A DNA stretch of 64,000 nt, taken from the NCBI GenBank assembly GCA_031363815.1, contig JANLVC010000122.1, forward strand, positions 913-64,912, read 5' to 3'. Both the position numbers and the translations under genes were made by a program. Below, piece by piece: positions 32,604-42,869 of this stretch. Source of the stretch: Gemmatimonadota bacterium. GTDB lineage: Bacteria > Gemmatimonadota > Gemmatimonadetes > Gemmatimonadales > Gemmatimonadaceae. Positions within the stretch are counted from its first letter, which is position 1, and each line of letters begins with the position of its first letter. The notes below the pieces were generated by a model. The model searched no databases and was not told the DNA's origin. It saw only the letters and a program-made list of their open reading frames with translations.

Positions 32604-33191
32604 TCATCCCCCTCTTTCGAGGTCGTGGAGGTAACTGCCGTCAATGAGGGTGGGTTGCCTCACCAACAACGTCTTGCGATGGCAAGCGCTGGCCGCTTTG
32701 GCAGGCGCTTCATCATGCGCTTCTCGCAGAGGCACAGGACTTGGCTCGGGGAGCGGCCGAATCAACATCCTGTCGTGCGAAAACCATGATGCCCGAAGAA
32801 CCGAACTGCTTCACCTACGGGCCCTGCATCACGCGGCGCCAACCCAAGCGTCGGTTCCTCGTGACTCCTCCACGTGCGATCGCTCACACGTTTCAAACAC
32901 ATGATTGGCGTGGGAACAGCGCACGGTCGGCCCAAGGCCGACCCGCACAGTTCTCCCGTCGTTGATCGATACGCAAACCTACGGGTGATCTGCCACACTA
33001 GTCAAGCAGGAGAAGTACCCAGCATTTGGCGGCCGCTGTCACAATCCTTTGACAAGGCGCCGGAAGCGGCCAGTTTTCCACATTGGGCCGGCTCGTGCGC
33101 CCCCCTCGTCTTCCGAATTCTGAGACATCCACACCACGACGGTCCCCTCCTGCCCGACGTCACATCCTCGGCAACGATAATCTCTGGCGTC

Positions 33192-33197
33192 TATAAT
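33192..33197 (+). promoter_or_regulatory. perfect TATAAT -10 hexamer 7 nt upstream of the helicase ATG (possible leaderless mRNA)
   Basis: gtcTATAATattcggaATG. TCGGCA (4/6 match to TTGACA) lies 18 nt upstream. Confidence 0.35.
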
Positions 33198-33204
33198 ATT
33201 CGGA

Positions 33205-35304
33205 ATGGCTGAGCCCCCCCGGATCCACGTCCCCGCAACCCGGGTGGTCCTCCCGCCCCCACTCGCCGCCGAGGGGCCGGCGCTCAACGCGGCCCAGGCC
33301 GCCGCGGCCAGTCACGGAGACACGCCCCTCCTGATCGTGGCCGGTGCCGGCTCCGGCAAAACCCGGACGCTCGTTCATCGGGTGGCCCATCTTATAGGTC
33401 GTGGCGTTCCCGCCAGCCGCATCCTGTTGCTCACCTTCACCCGGCGCGCCTCCCAGGAAATGCTGGGACGCTGTGAACGTCTCGTCGGTTCGGCCTCTCA
33501 TCAAGTGCACGGCGGCACCTTCCATGGCGTGGCGCACCGCCTGCTGCGCCGGTTCGGCCCCGCCGCCGGCCTACCGGCCGACTTTACCATTCTCGATCAG
33601 GCCGATGCCTCTGACCTGATGGGCATCTCGCGCGCCGCCCTCGGGTATGCCGATCTCAAGAACGCCCCGCGGTCGGCGCCGCGCTTTCCACGCGCCGAAA
33701 CGCTGCAGTCGATCTACTCGCGACACGTCAACACCGAGCGCCCCATCGTCGATCTGCTCGGCGAACACTGGCCGCACTTCCTCGCCTGGACCGGTGATAT
33801 CGAGCGGCTCTTTGGCGACTACGTGAAGCGCAAAGCCGAACGCAATCTCCTCGACTACGACGACCTGTTGCTGTCGTGGGCGCTGCTGCTCGAACAGGCA
33901 CCGCCGATCGCCGATCAGATTCGCGCGCTCTACGATCACGTACTGGTGGACGAGTATCAGGATACCAATCCTCTGCAGTCACGCATTCTCCGCGCGCTGT
34001 GTACGAACGGCAAGATCACCGTGGTCGGCGACGACGCGCAGAGCATTTACGCGTTCCGCGGCGCGACGATTCGGAACATTCTCGACTTTCCGCACCAGTT
34101 CCCGGGCACGCAGATCGTCACGCTCGAACGTAACTATCGCTCGACCGCACCGATCCTCGACACCACCAATGCGCTGATTTCGCGCAGCCGCGAGCGCTAT
34201 TCGAAGCAGCTCTGGACCGAGCGCACGGGTGGCGAAGCGCCGTGGCTCGTGACCGTGAAAGACGAACATGCGCAAACCGCATTCGTGGTCGATCGCGTAC
34301 TCGAGCTGCACGAAGAAGGCATTCCGCTGCGCGAGATGGCCGTACTTTTTCGCGCCGGCTACCTGTCGGCCGATCTCGAGATCGAACTCGCCAACCGACG
34401 CATTCCGTACGAGAAGTGGGGCGGGCTCAAGTTCCTGGAAGCCGCGCATATCAAAGACATCGTGGCCTTCCTCCGCGTTTTGGAGAATCCGCGCGATGAA
34501 GTGAGCTGGTACCGCTTGCTGCGGTTACTCCCCGGCGTGGGCGATGCCACGGCGCGCGCGGCCATCGACGTGCTCGCGCATCATGGATGGGAGCCCATGG
34601 CGCTCGGCGCCACCAAGGCGCCGTCGCGCGCACGCCCCGCCCTCCAGGCGTTGGCCGCACTGTTGGACGGCATGCGTCGCGTGGAGCGAGGCAACACGCC
34701 GCATTCACCAGCCGAAACCATCCGCCTCTGCCGGCATCTCTATAACCCGATCCTGCAGGCCACGTACGACGATGCGCCACCGCGTATGGCCGACCTCGAT
34801 CAGCTCGAAGTCATCGCGGCCGGTTACCCCGACCGGAGCACCTTCCTCTCGGCCCTCGCCCTCGAGCCACCATCGAATACGCAGGATCTCGCCGTCGGCA
34901 GTACCGATGAAGACGACGCCCTGATACTCTCGACGGCGCATTCCGCGAAAGGGAAAGAATGGGATGCCGTATTCGTTATCCACGCCTCCGACGGCGTGTT
35001 CCCGATGGCGCGGTCGGCGAATGACGAGGCCCAGATCGACGAAGAGCGTCGGCTGCTGTATGTGGCCATGACCCGCGCGCGCGATCAACTCTTCGTCACG
35101 TATCCGCTGCACAGCTATGCCACCCGCACCGGCGCCGACTTTGCCTACAGTCAGCTCTCCCGTTTTCTCGATCCCGGGGTACGCTCCTCGATGCAACGCG
35201 TGACCGTAGGCGAAGAGATGCCCCCGGTCCTCCCGGCCCTCCGGGGCGACGCGCCGCCACTTGATCTGCGCGCCCTGCTGCGAGGCCGCTTCCCCAGCGA
35301 ATAA
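33205..35304 (+). CDS. UvrD/Rep/PcrA-family ATP-dependent DNA helicase
   Basis: LNAAQAAAASH...LLIVAGAGSGKTRTLVHRVAHLI (motif I), VLVDEYQDTNPLQ (motif II), VVGDDAQSIYAFRGA, LERNYRS, and the C-terminal LSTAHSAKGKEWDAVFV ... LLYVAMTRAR. Confidence 0.9.
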   Translation: MAEPPRIHVPATRVVLPPPLAAEGPALNAAQAAAASHGDTPLLIVAGAGSGKTRTLVHRVAHLIGRGVPASRILLLTFTRRASQEMLGRCERLVGSASHQVHGGTFHGVAHRLLRRFGPAAGLPADFTILDQADASDLMGISRAALGYADLKNAPRSAPRFPRAETLQSIYSRHVNTERPIVDLLGEHWPHFLAWTGDIERLFGDYVKRKAERNLLDYDDLLLSWALLLEQAPPIADQIRALYDHVLVDEYQDTNPLQSRILRALCTNGKITVVGDDAQSIYAFRGATIRNILDFPHQFPGTQIVTLERNYRSTAPILDTTNALISRSRERYSKQLWTERTGGEAPWLVTVKDEHAQTAFVVDRVLELHEEGIPLREMAVLFRAGYLSADLEIELANRRIPYEKWGGLKFLEAAHIKDIVAFLRVLENPRDEVSWYRLLRLLPGVGDATARAAIDVLAHHGWEPMALGATKAPSRARPALQALAALLDGMRRVERGNTPHSPAETIRLCRHLYNPILQATYDDAPPRMADLDQLEVIAAGYPDRSTFLSALALEPPSNTQDLAVGSTDEDDALILSTAHSAKGKEWDAVFVIHASDGVFPMARSANDEAQIDEERRLLYVAMTRARDQLFVTYPLHSYATRTGADFAYSQLSRFLDPGVRSSMQRVTVGEEMPPVLPALRGDAPPLDLRALLRGRFPSE

Positions 35305-35310
35305 GTTGCA

Positions 35311-38175
35311 GTGCACTTTCCCTTTGACGAGGATCCATTGAGTTTCTTCAGCAATCTGTCGGTTGCCGTGATCGTGGCGGTGATGACCGCGACGGTCGCC
35401 GATGCCCAGCGAACGGCCACGAAGGCGCCCGCCGATTCCTTCGCGCTGCACGCGGTATTGCCCGTCGATGCCGCCGTGCGTATCGGCACGCTACCGAACG
35501 GCATCCGCTACTACATCCGCCGTAACGCGAAACCGGAACAGCGCGCCGAGCTGCGACTGGTCGTGAACGCCGGTTCCATTCTGGAAGATGACGATCAGCG
35601 TGGCCTCGCGCACTTCATCGAGCACATGGCCTTCAATGGCACGAAGTCCTTCGCGAAAAACGATATCGTGAAGTATCTCGAGTCGATCGGCGTGCGTTTC
35701 GGGGCCGATCTGAATGCGTTCACGAGCTTCGACGAAACGGTGTACATCCTACCCGTCCCGACGGACAGCGCGGGTATTCTGGAGAAGAGTTTCCGCTTTC
35801 TGGGCGATGTCGCCACCGGCATTCTGTTCGATTCCACCGAAGTGGTGGCTGAACGCGGCGTGGTGCTGTCGGAGTGGCGGAATGGACTGGGCGCCGGCGA
35901 GCGGCTGCGCGACAAGCAGTTCCCCGTGATCTTTCGCGGATCGCGCTACGCGGAACGACTGCCGATCGGAAAGCCGGAGATTCTCGAAGGGGCAAACCCG
36001 GCGCCGCTCAAGCGTTTCTGGCGCGACTGGTATCGTCCGGATCTCATGGCGGTTGTAGCGGTCGGTGATGCCGACCCGAAGAAGCTTGAGGCGCTGATTC
36101 GTTCCACGTTCAGCGGAATCGCCCCGCGCAAGGGCGCCCGCGCGCGCACGATCGCCGCTGTCCCCACGCACGACTCCACGCTGATTTCAATCGCCACCGA
36201 TAAGGAGCTCAGTGGCTCGTCGGTGGGCGTGCTGTGGAAAAGCAAGGGTCGCACTACGCGCACCGTAGGAGATCTTCGGCAGGATCTGCTGGAGCGTCTC
36301 TACGACCAGATGTTGAACCAGCGGTTCAGTGAGCTCGCGCTCAAACCTGACGTGCCGTTCGTCGGGGCCGGTGCAGGCGGCGGCAGCTTCGTGCGCAACA
36401 GCGAGTACTACTCGCTCGACGCGCGCGCCAAAGAAGGCCAGTTGCTGGAGTCACTGCAGGCGCTGCTCACGGAGGCCGAGCGCGTGCGTCGTCACGGCTT
36501 TCTGGCCACGGAACTCGAGCGCGCCAAGACCAACACGCTACGCGGGTACGAGCGCGCGTATCAGGAGCGAGACAAGACGCCGTCTGGCGCGTTCGTCGAC
36601 GAGTACCTCGATCACTTCCTGCAGGGTGAAGCGATTCCCGGTATCGCCTTTGAATATGCCGCGATGCAGCGCTTGCTGCCCACCGTCACGCTCTCCGAAG
36701 TGAATGCCCTGGGAGCCGCTCGTGTCGGCGAGGCGAATCGCGTGGTGACGGTGAGCCTTCCCGAAAAGGACGGCCTCACGGTGCCCACCGATGCCGACAT
36801 CCGCGCCGTATTCGGCAAGGTGAACGGCGCCACGATCACGCCGTGGGTGGAGACGGTTGTGGCGGGCGCCCTCGTCACGAAGGCACCGGCGGCCGCGCGC
36901 GTGGTGAGCGAACGGAAAACCGAATCGCTCAACCTCACGGAGTGGACGCTATCGAACGGCATCAAGGTGTTCGTGAAGCCCACCGACTTCACCGCCGACC
37001 AGATCGTGATGACCGGGTGGAGTCCGGGTGGCGCCAGTCTCGTGGCCGACCAGGACGTGTTCAAGACATCGTTGGCGACCACCGTGATCGAGCGCGGCGG
37101 TGTCGGCGACTATTCGCTCATCGACTTGAACAAAAAGCTCACCGGCAAGGTGGCCTCGGCTTCGGCCGTTATTTCCGATCTCAGCGAAGGCGTGAGCGGA
37201 CGCGCCTCCCCGAAGGACCTGGAAACGATGCTGCAGCTCACGTGGCTGCGTCTCACGTCACCTCGCGCGGACACGTTGGCGTTCAAGGCGCTGCTGCAGC
37301 AGTTCGATCAGGTCCTCAAGAACAAGGATGCCAATCCGGCCGCCGTATTCAGCGATACGGTGCAAATGACACTCGCCGGCGGACATCCGCGCGTGCGCCC
37401 GCTGTCCGCTGAGATGCTGAAAGAACTCAACCTCGATGAGATGCTGGCGATCTACCGGGATCGCTTCGCCGATCTTGGTGATTTCACGTTCCTGTTCGTC
37501 GGCAATGTGGACCTCACGGTGCTCAAGCCGTTGGTGGAGCAGTGGCTCGCGCCGCTACCGGCCGCCGGTCGCAAAGAAACATTCAGGGACGTCGGCCCGA
37601 AGCTGTTCAGCGGCCAGATCGACAAGACGGTGCGCAAGGGCATCGCCCCGCAGAGCCAGACGGCCATTCTGATGGCCGGCGCAGCCCCGTGGAGCCGCGA
37701 AGACGCCTACCTGCTCTCCTCGGTCGGTGAAGTGCTCGAGATGCGCCTGCTTGACCGTCTCCGCGAGTCGCTGGGCGGCACCTATTCCGTGTCGGTGAGC
37801 GCACAGTTCTCGCGCCATCCGCGACCGGAATGGCAGCTGGTGATCAGCTATGGATCCGCGCCGGACAAAGCGGAATCGATGTTCGCCGCCGTGAAGCAGG
37901 AGCTCGACTCGCTCCGTCGGGTGCCGCCGAGTGCGGCGGAAGTGGAGCGCGTGCGTGAGCAGCAGCGCCGCGAGCTGGAAGTGGCGCGCAAGCAGAACGG
38001 CTACTGGCTTAGCACGATCCGGAGTCGCCTTGAGAACGGCGATGATCTTGGCACCATCGGCGCGGAAGACCCGCTCATGGCCGGACTGACCGCCGAGAAA
38101 CTGGCGGCGGCGGCAAAGAAGTATCTGACCGAAGTCAATCGCGCGCGGTTTGTCCTGTTACCCGAAGGCAAGTAG
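35311..38175 (+). CDS. M16-family zinc peptidase (insulinase/PqqL-like, two-halves single polypeptide)
   Basis: Inverted zinc motif GLAHFIEHMAFNGT (HxxEH). Length of 954 aa with active plus inactive M16 halves. Signal-like N-terminus. Confidence 0.9.
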   Translation: MHFPFDEDPLSFFSNLSVAVIVAVMTATVADAQRTATKAPADSFALHAVLPVDAAVRIGTLPNGIRYYIRRNAKPEQRAELRLVVNAGSILEDDDQRGLAHFIEHMAFNGTKSFAKNDIVKYLESIGVRFGADLNAFTSFDETVYILPVPTDSAGILEKSFRFLGDVATGILFDSTEVVAERGVVLSEWRNGLGAGERLRDKQFPVIFRGSRYAERLPIGKPEILEGANPAPLKRFWRDWYRPDLMAVVAVGDADPKKLEALIRSTFSGIAPRKGARARTIAAVPTHDSTLISIATDKELSGSSVGVLWKSKGRTTRTVGDLRQDLLERLYDQMLNQRFSELALKPDVPFVGAGAGGGSFVRNSEYYSLDARAKEGQLLESLQALLTEAERVRRHGFLATELERAKTNTLRGYERAYQERDKTPSGAFVDEYLDHFLQGEAIPGIAFEYAAMQRLLPTVTLSEVNALGAARVGEANRVVTVSLPEKDGLTVPTDADIRAVFGKVNGATITPWVETVVAGALVTKAPAAARVVSERKTESLNLTEWTLSNGIKVFVKPTDFTADQIVMTGWSPGGASLVADQDVFKTSLATTVIERGGVGDYSLIDLNKKLTGKVASASAVISDLSEGVSGRASPKDLETMLQLTWLRLTSPRADTLAFKALLQQFDQVLKNKDANPAAVFSDTVQMTLAGGHPRVRPLSAEMLKELNLDEMLAIYRDRFADLGDFTFLFVGNVDLTVLKPLVEQWLAPLPAAGRKETFRDVGPKLFSGQIDKTVRKGIAPQSQTAILMAGAAPWSREDAYLLSSVGEVLEMRLLDRLRESLGGTYSVSVSAQFSRHPRPEWQLVISYGSAPDKAESMFAAVKQELDSLRRVPPSAAEVERVREQQRRELEVARKQNGYWLSTIRSRLENGDDLGTIGAEDPLMAGLTAEKLAAAAKKYLTEVNRARFVLLPEGK

Positions 38176-38177
38176 CA

Positions 38178-38211
38178 CCACGCGCGTTCGGCAATCGTTT
38201 AGCGCGCGTGG
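38178..38211. terminator. 9-bp-stem hairpin at the convergent junction of the M16 peptidase and aminopeptidase genes
   Basis: ccacgcgcg (38178-38186) pairs with cgcgcgtgg (38203-38211). It overlaps the last codons of the minus-strand gene. Confidence 0.35.
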
Positions 38212-39275
38212 CGGCGCACAGAATCCGTGTGCGTCGCAATAATGCGCTGAATCGCCCGCTTCAAGTCACGTCCCTCGGCCACGTACACCGAGTCAAAGCG
38301 ATCCAGGCGTTCCGCATATACGCGGCGCGAGAGCAGCACGGCGTTGTTCAGCGTCACCTTCTGTGCCCATCCCTCCGGATATGTGCGAAGTTGCGGACCG
38401 ACGCTGTCCACGAGCCGCGAACGGGCCCGGGCGTACAGGCGGTCGCGCGCCGCGATCCGTTCGGTGCGCGCGGAGTCGGGGAACGACGCGAACACCTGCT
38501 CAATTTCGTTCGACGTGCGTTCCCAGAACGCCCCCAGCAACAGGTCGTCGTGCCATTCATCTTCCGCGCGACGGAGCAACACGGAGTCGCCGCGGGCGCG
38601 AAAAAAATGCTCGACGCCACGACCACCTACGAACGTGGCGAAGGACTCGTTGAACGACACCTGCCCCTTGGCGAAGAAGGTGTTGTGCAGCAGTTCGTGA
38701 ATGATCGTGTTGACCAGCGTCACCGAATCGGCCTTTACGGTGGTGCTCACGAGGGGATCATTGAACCAGCCGAGGGTGCTGAAGGCCGATGACGGTCCGA
38801 CTGTGACGTCGAAGCCGTCGCCACGCAGTGATTCGGCAGTGCGCAGTGCACCGGGGAAGTCGAAAAAGCCTTTATAAGGAAAGCGTCCCACGACCGGGAA
38901 CCACCACGTCTTCCGCGCGAGCCGGTCGCGATAGGCGGCGGAAACGACCAGCACCAACGTGTCGCGGTCCAGCTGGGAGTAGGCGGTGAAGCTCTGGCGG
39001 GCCGCGAGCGCGAGCGAGTCGATGGCGAAGCGACGCGCCTCCTGCACGAGACGGAGCTTGGCGCGCAAGGCCGGATCGGTGGTCGAATCGGCCACCAGTT
39101 TTGCGATGGGCTGACGTCGCGACAAGATCCGGGCTTCTTCGTAGGCGGCGCGGGAGAGGTAGCAGCCTATAGGGGTAATCCCGAGCGTGAGCGCCAGCAC
39201 TACGGTGGTCGCACCCGTAACGCGGCGCAGCGATCGCCACGAAACTCGGCGTACCGGGATCCGCCCGTGCCGCAT
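38199..39275 (-). CDS. putative zinc aminopeptidase (DUF2265-like, HExxH)
   Basis: The start was chosen at MRHGRIPVRR (ATG ending at 39275). It has an N-terminal TM/signal segment and TIIHELLHNTFF (HELLH) in the context typical of the 'putative aminopeptidase' family. The upstream 335 codons of track ORF 38199..40283 are antisense to dnaE. Confidence 0.7.
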   Translation of the reverse strand: MRHGRIPVRRVSWRSLRRVTGATTVVLALTLGITPIGCYLSRAAYEEARILSRRQPIAKLVADSTTDPALRAKLRLVQEARRFAIDSLALAARQSFTAYSQLDRDTLVLVVSAAYRDRLARKTWWFPVVGRFPYKGFFDFPGALRTAESLRGDGFDVTVGPSSAFSTLGWFNDPLVSTTVKADSVTLVNTIIHELLHNTFFAKGQVSFNESFATFVGGRGVEHFFRARGDSVLLRRAEDEWHDDLLLGAFWERTSNEIEQVFASFPDSARTERIAARDRLYARARSRLVDSVGPQLRTYPEGWAQKVTLNNAVLLSRRVYAERLDRFDSVYVAEGRDLKRAIQRIIATHTDSVRRHAR

Positions 39276-39335
39276 TCGCCCGTGCTTGTCAATCCCGTGT
39301 TGCGCGTCGCCCTGAGCGGCTATCATTCTCGGTCC

Positions 39336-42300
39336 ATGTCGTTCGTTCATCTGCACTGCCACTCCGAATATTCGCTCCTCGACGGCGCGAATCGTATCGA
39401 TGATCTGATCAAACGCGCACAGCATTACGAAATGCCGGCGCTGGCGATCACGGATCACGGGAACATGCATGCTGCCTGGGATTTCCAGGAGAAAGCACGC
39501 AAGGCGGGCGTGAAGCCCATCATGGGGATGGAAGCCTATGTGGCGCCGGGCGACCGTCGCACCCGTGGACGCCCCGGGCCGGGTCAGAAGCCGTACTACC
39601 ACCTGGTCCTGCTGGCCCGCGACCTGGTGGGTTACAAGAATCTGGTCAAGCTGTCGTCGTTGGGCTACACCGAAGGCTTCTACACGAAGCCGCGTATCGA
39701 CCGCGAATTGTTGGCCAAGTATTCCGAGGGCCTGATCGTCTCCTCGGCGTGTCTGGCCGGTGAAGTGGCCGGTCACCTGATGGGCGACCGTATGGATGCC
39801 GCGCGCGAGGCCGCCGCGTGGTATGCCGAGCTGTTCAAGGACCGCTATTACCTCGAGGTGCAGGCGCACACCAGCGAAGGACAGGCGAAGCTCAACGCCA
39901 AGATCCTGTCGCTGGGCGACGAGTTGGGGCTGCCCGTGATCGCCACGAACGACGCGCACTTTTTGAAGCACGACGATCACGACGCGCACGACGTGCTGCT
40001 GTGTATCGGCCTCGGCAAGGATCGCAACGATCGCGATCGCATGAAGTACGACGACGGATTGTACTTCAAGCCGCCCAATGAGATCCGCCCGTTCTTCCCG
40101 GGTCGCGAAGATGTGCTCACGAACACGCTGGCGATCGCGGATTCGGTGGACGTCCAGTTCGCGAAGAAGTACTACGTGCCCTCGTTTCCGCTGCCTCCCG
40201 GCGTCGAGACCGAGAACGAGTACCTTGTGCGGCTCGCTACCGACGGCGCGAAGGAACGGTACGGCGATCCGCTTCCCGCGCACGTGCAGGAGCGACTCGA
40301 CTACGAGTTGAGCGTGATCACGAAGACCGGGTACGCCGGCTACTTCCTGATTACCGCCGACTTCATCAAGGCGGCGCGTGACCGCGGCATCCCGGTGGGA
40401 CCGGGACGTGGGTCGGCGGCGGGTTCACTCGTTGCGTATGCGACGCGCATCACCGACGTCTGCCCGCTCGAGTTCGACCTGCTCTTCGAACGCTTCCTGA
40501 ACCCTGAACGCATCTCGATGCCCGACGTCGACGTCGACTTCTGCTTCGAGCGACGCGGGGAAGTGATCGAGTACGTGCGGCAAAAGTACGGCAAGGACTC
40601 GGTCGGTCAGATCGTCACGTTCGGTACGATGAAGTCACGCGCCGCCGTGAAAGACGTGGGTCGTACCCTCGGCTTTACGCCGAGCGAAACGGATGCGCTG
40701 GCAAAGCTTATTCCGAATGCGCCGAACTTTTCGCTGACGGTGAAGGAAGCGATCGAGCAGGTGCCGGAGGTGAAGGCGTTCTACCAGAACGAACCGCGCT
40801 ACAAGCAGCTGCTGGATTTCGCGATATCGCTGGAAGGCCTTTCGCGTCACACCGGTGTGCACGCGGCCGGCGTGGTGATCGCGCCGGGCCCGCTCGACGA
40901 GTTCGTGCCGATCTGCACGCAGGCCTCGAAGGGTGCAGGCAGCGGCGGCGATGACGAACGCGTGATCGTGACGCAGTACGACATGACGTCGCTCGAAAAG
41001 GCCGGCATGCTCAAGATGGACTTCCTCGGGCTCACCACGCTGACGGTGATCAGCGACACGCTGGCCAGCATCAAGCAGCGCAGTGGTGTGACCGTCGTGC
41101 TCGAAGAGCGTGGCTTTACCGACCAGAAAACCTATCAGTTGCTGCGCGCCGGCCGTACCGGCGGTGTGTTCCAGTTCGAATCGGCACTCGCGACCGACGT
41201 ACTGAAGCGCATGCGTTGCGACCGCTTCGACGACTTGGTCGCCTCAAACGCCCTGCTGCGCCCGGGTCCGCTCGATGCGGGCATGCACAACGTGTACATC
41301 CGGCGCAAGCGGGGCGAAGAGCCCACGGTGTACGCGCTGCCCGAGCTGGAGCCGATTCTTTCGAACACCTACGGCGTCATCACGTATCAGGAACAGGTGA
41401 TGCGTCTGGCGCAGGTGCTGGCGGGCATCTCGCTGGCCGAAGCGGACGTGTTGCGAAAGGCCGTCGGCAAGAAAGACTCGGAGCTGATCAAACAGGAACT
41501 TGGCAAGTTCGTGACGAAGGCGGTCGCGAAGGGCTACGATCCGAAGATCATCGATGAGCTTTCCGGTCAGATCGAAACGTTCGGACGTTACGGATTCAAT
41601 AAAAGCCACAGCGTTGCGTACTCCGTCGTCGCGTACCACACGGCCTTCCTGAAGGCGCACCATCCGGCCGAGTTCATGGCCGCGTTGCTGTCGTCGAACA
41701 TCGGGAAAACCGAAGAAGTCATCAAATACATCGCCGAAGCGCGCGAAATGCAGATTGAAGTGCTCGCGCCCGACGTAAACGAGTCGGGGTGGCGCTTCAC
41801 GGTCGTGGGAGACAAGCGGGTGCGCTTTGGACTGGGCGCCATCCGGAACGTGGGCCGTGGTGCCATCGACTCGTTGATCGCGGCCAAAACTGAAGGTCCG
41901 TTCACGTCGCTGTACGACCTCTGCTCGCGGGTCGACCTTCGCGTCTGCAACAAGCGCGTGTTCGAAGCGCTCATAGCCGCCGGTGCCTGCGACGGATTGG
42001 GCGGCCACCGGGCGCAGCTGCTGGCGGCGCTCGATCATGCGATCAACGAAGCGTCGCTTCGTCAGGAGGAAGCGGCGAAGGGCCAGGTGTCGCTGTTCGG
42101 CGACCTGCTTGGTGATGCCGACGACGCGCCCGGCTCCAACGCCGCTGGCTCGCCTCCACCGCTCCCATCGGTACCGGTGTGGAGCGAGAGTGAGCGGCTC
42201 ACGCGCGAGAAGGAGCTGCTGGGCTTCTATATTTCCGGACATCCGCTCGAGCCATACCGAACAGAGTGCGAACTGTTTGCCAGCAGTACCGTGGCGCAGT

Positions 42301-42839
42301 TGGGCCACTGGACGGGCGATGCGGTAACAATTGGTGTGGTGGTCACGGCGATCAAGAAGCAGATTTCCAAACGATCGGGCGCCGAGTTCGCCCGGTTGAC
42401 CGTTGAGGATTTTTCCGGATCGTCCGAGGTCTTGGTCTTCCCCGAGGCGTGGGCGGTCATCGCCGAGCGCATCCGGCCGGATGTGCCGCTGCTTTTGAAG
42501 GGTGGCTATTCGCGGAAAGATCAGGGCGTCGAGAATGCCACGTTCATCGTCGACACCGTTACGCGCTTCGCGGAAGTGCGAGTGAACGGTGAGCTGGCAG
42601 TTGCAATCGACCTCAGTCGGGAGCTCGATCTTGCTCCCGGTGTGATGGACGACGTGCGGGCGAGTGTCGAGGCACATGAAGGCTCGGCTCCGCTCGAACT
42701 GCGGTGGGACGACGGCACCGGGCGCACGATTCGCTTCCGGTCGAAGTCGCTCACCGTGGCTGCGTCACCCGCCATCTTATCCGATCTTCGCGCGCTGCTT
42801 GGCGCTGATCGTGTGCGCCTCGTGCGCGCCGGCAGCTAA
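39336..42839 (+). CDS. dnaE: DNA polymerase III alpha subunit
   Basis: PHP domain MSFVHLHCHSEYSLLDGA...ITDHGNM, the polymerase core (GPGRGSAAGSLVAY...ERISMPDVDVDF) and the OB-fold region. 1167 aa. Confidence 0.97.
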   Translation: MSFVHLHCHSEYSLLDGANRIDDLIKRAQHYEMPALAITDHGNMHAAWDFQEKARKAGVKPIMGMEAYVAPGDRRTRGRPGPGQKPYYHLVLLARDLVGYKNLVKLSSLGYTEGFYTKPRIDRELLAKYSEGLIVSSACLAGEVAGHLMGDRMDAAREAAAWYAELFKDRYYLEVQAHTSEGQAKLNAKILSLGDELGLPVIATNDAHFLKHDDHDAHDVLLCIGLGKDRNDRDRMKYDDGLYFKPPNEIRPFFPGREDVLTNTLAIADSVDVQFAKKYYVPSFPLPPGVETENEYLVRLATDGAKERYGDPLPAHVQERLDYELSVITKTGYAGYFLITADFIKAARDRGIPVGPGRGSAAGSLVAYATRITDVCPLEFDLLFERFLNPERISMPDVDVDFCFERRGEVIEYVRQKYGKDSVGQIVTFGTMKSRAAVKDVGRTLGFTPSETDALAKLIPNAPNFSLTVKEAIEQVPEVKAFYQNEPRYKQLLDFAISLEGLSRHTGVHAAGVVIAPGPLDEFVPICTQASKGAGSGGDDERVIVTQYDMTSLEKAGMLKMDFLGLTTLTVISDTLASIKQRSGVTVVLEERGFTDQKTYQLLRAGRTGGVFQFESALATDVLKRMRCDRFDDLVASNALLRPGPLDAGMHNVYIRRKRGEEPTVYALPELEPILSNTYGVITYQEQVMRLAQVLAGISLAEADVLRKAVGKKDSELIKQELGKFVTKAVAKGYDPKIIDELSGQIETFGRYGFNKSHSVAYSVVAYHTAFLKAHHPAEFMAALLSSNIGKTEEVIKYIAEAREMQIEVLAPDVNESGWRFTVVGDKRVRFGLGAIRNVGRGAIDSLIAAKTEGPFTSLYDLCSRVDLRVCNKRVFEALIAAGACDGLGGHRAQLLAALDHAINEASLRQEEAAKGQVSLFGDLLGDADDAPGSNAAGSPPPLPSVPVWSESERLTREKELLGFYISGHPLEPYRTECELFASSTVAQLGHWTGDAVTIGVVVTAIKKQISKRSGAEFARLTVEDFSGSSEVLVFPEAWAVIAERIRPDVPLLLKGGYSRKDQGVENATFIVDTVTRFAEVRVNGELAVAIDLSRELDLAPGVMDDVRASVEAHEGSAPLELRWDDGTGRTIRFRSKSLTVAASPAILSDLRALLGADRVRLVRAGS

Positions 42840-42869
42840 CGAGCGCGGCGTCCCTTTTCCAGGATTATC

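Noticed and set aside
39276-40283. Upstream 335 codons of the 694-aa minus-strand ORF 38199..40283
   Set aside because: It is antisense to dnaE and has a low-complexity R/V/H-rich translation. The real aminopeptidase starts at 39275.
41244-42677. 477-aa minus-strand ORF inside dnaE, and similar long antisense or out-of-frame ORFs (45011..46486, 43828..44721, 14568..15791, 21165..22385, 29067..30434, 30972..32789, 47334..48365, 49087..50265, 18974..20284, 13440..14342, 11341..13044)
   Set aside because: All overlap confidently identified genes on the opposite strand or in another frame. They have R/G/A/P/H-dominated translations and no motifs. Long spurious ORFs are expected at this GC content.
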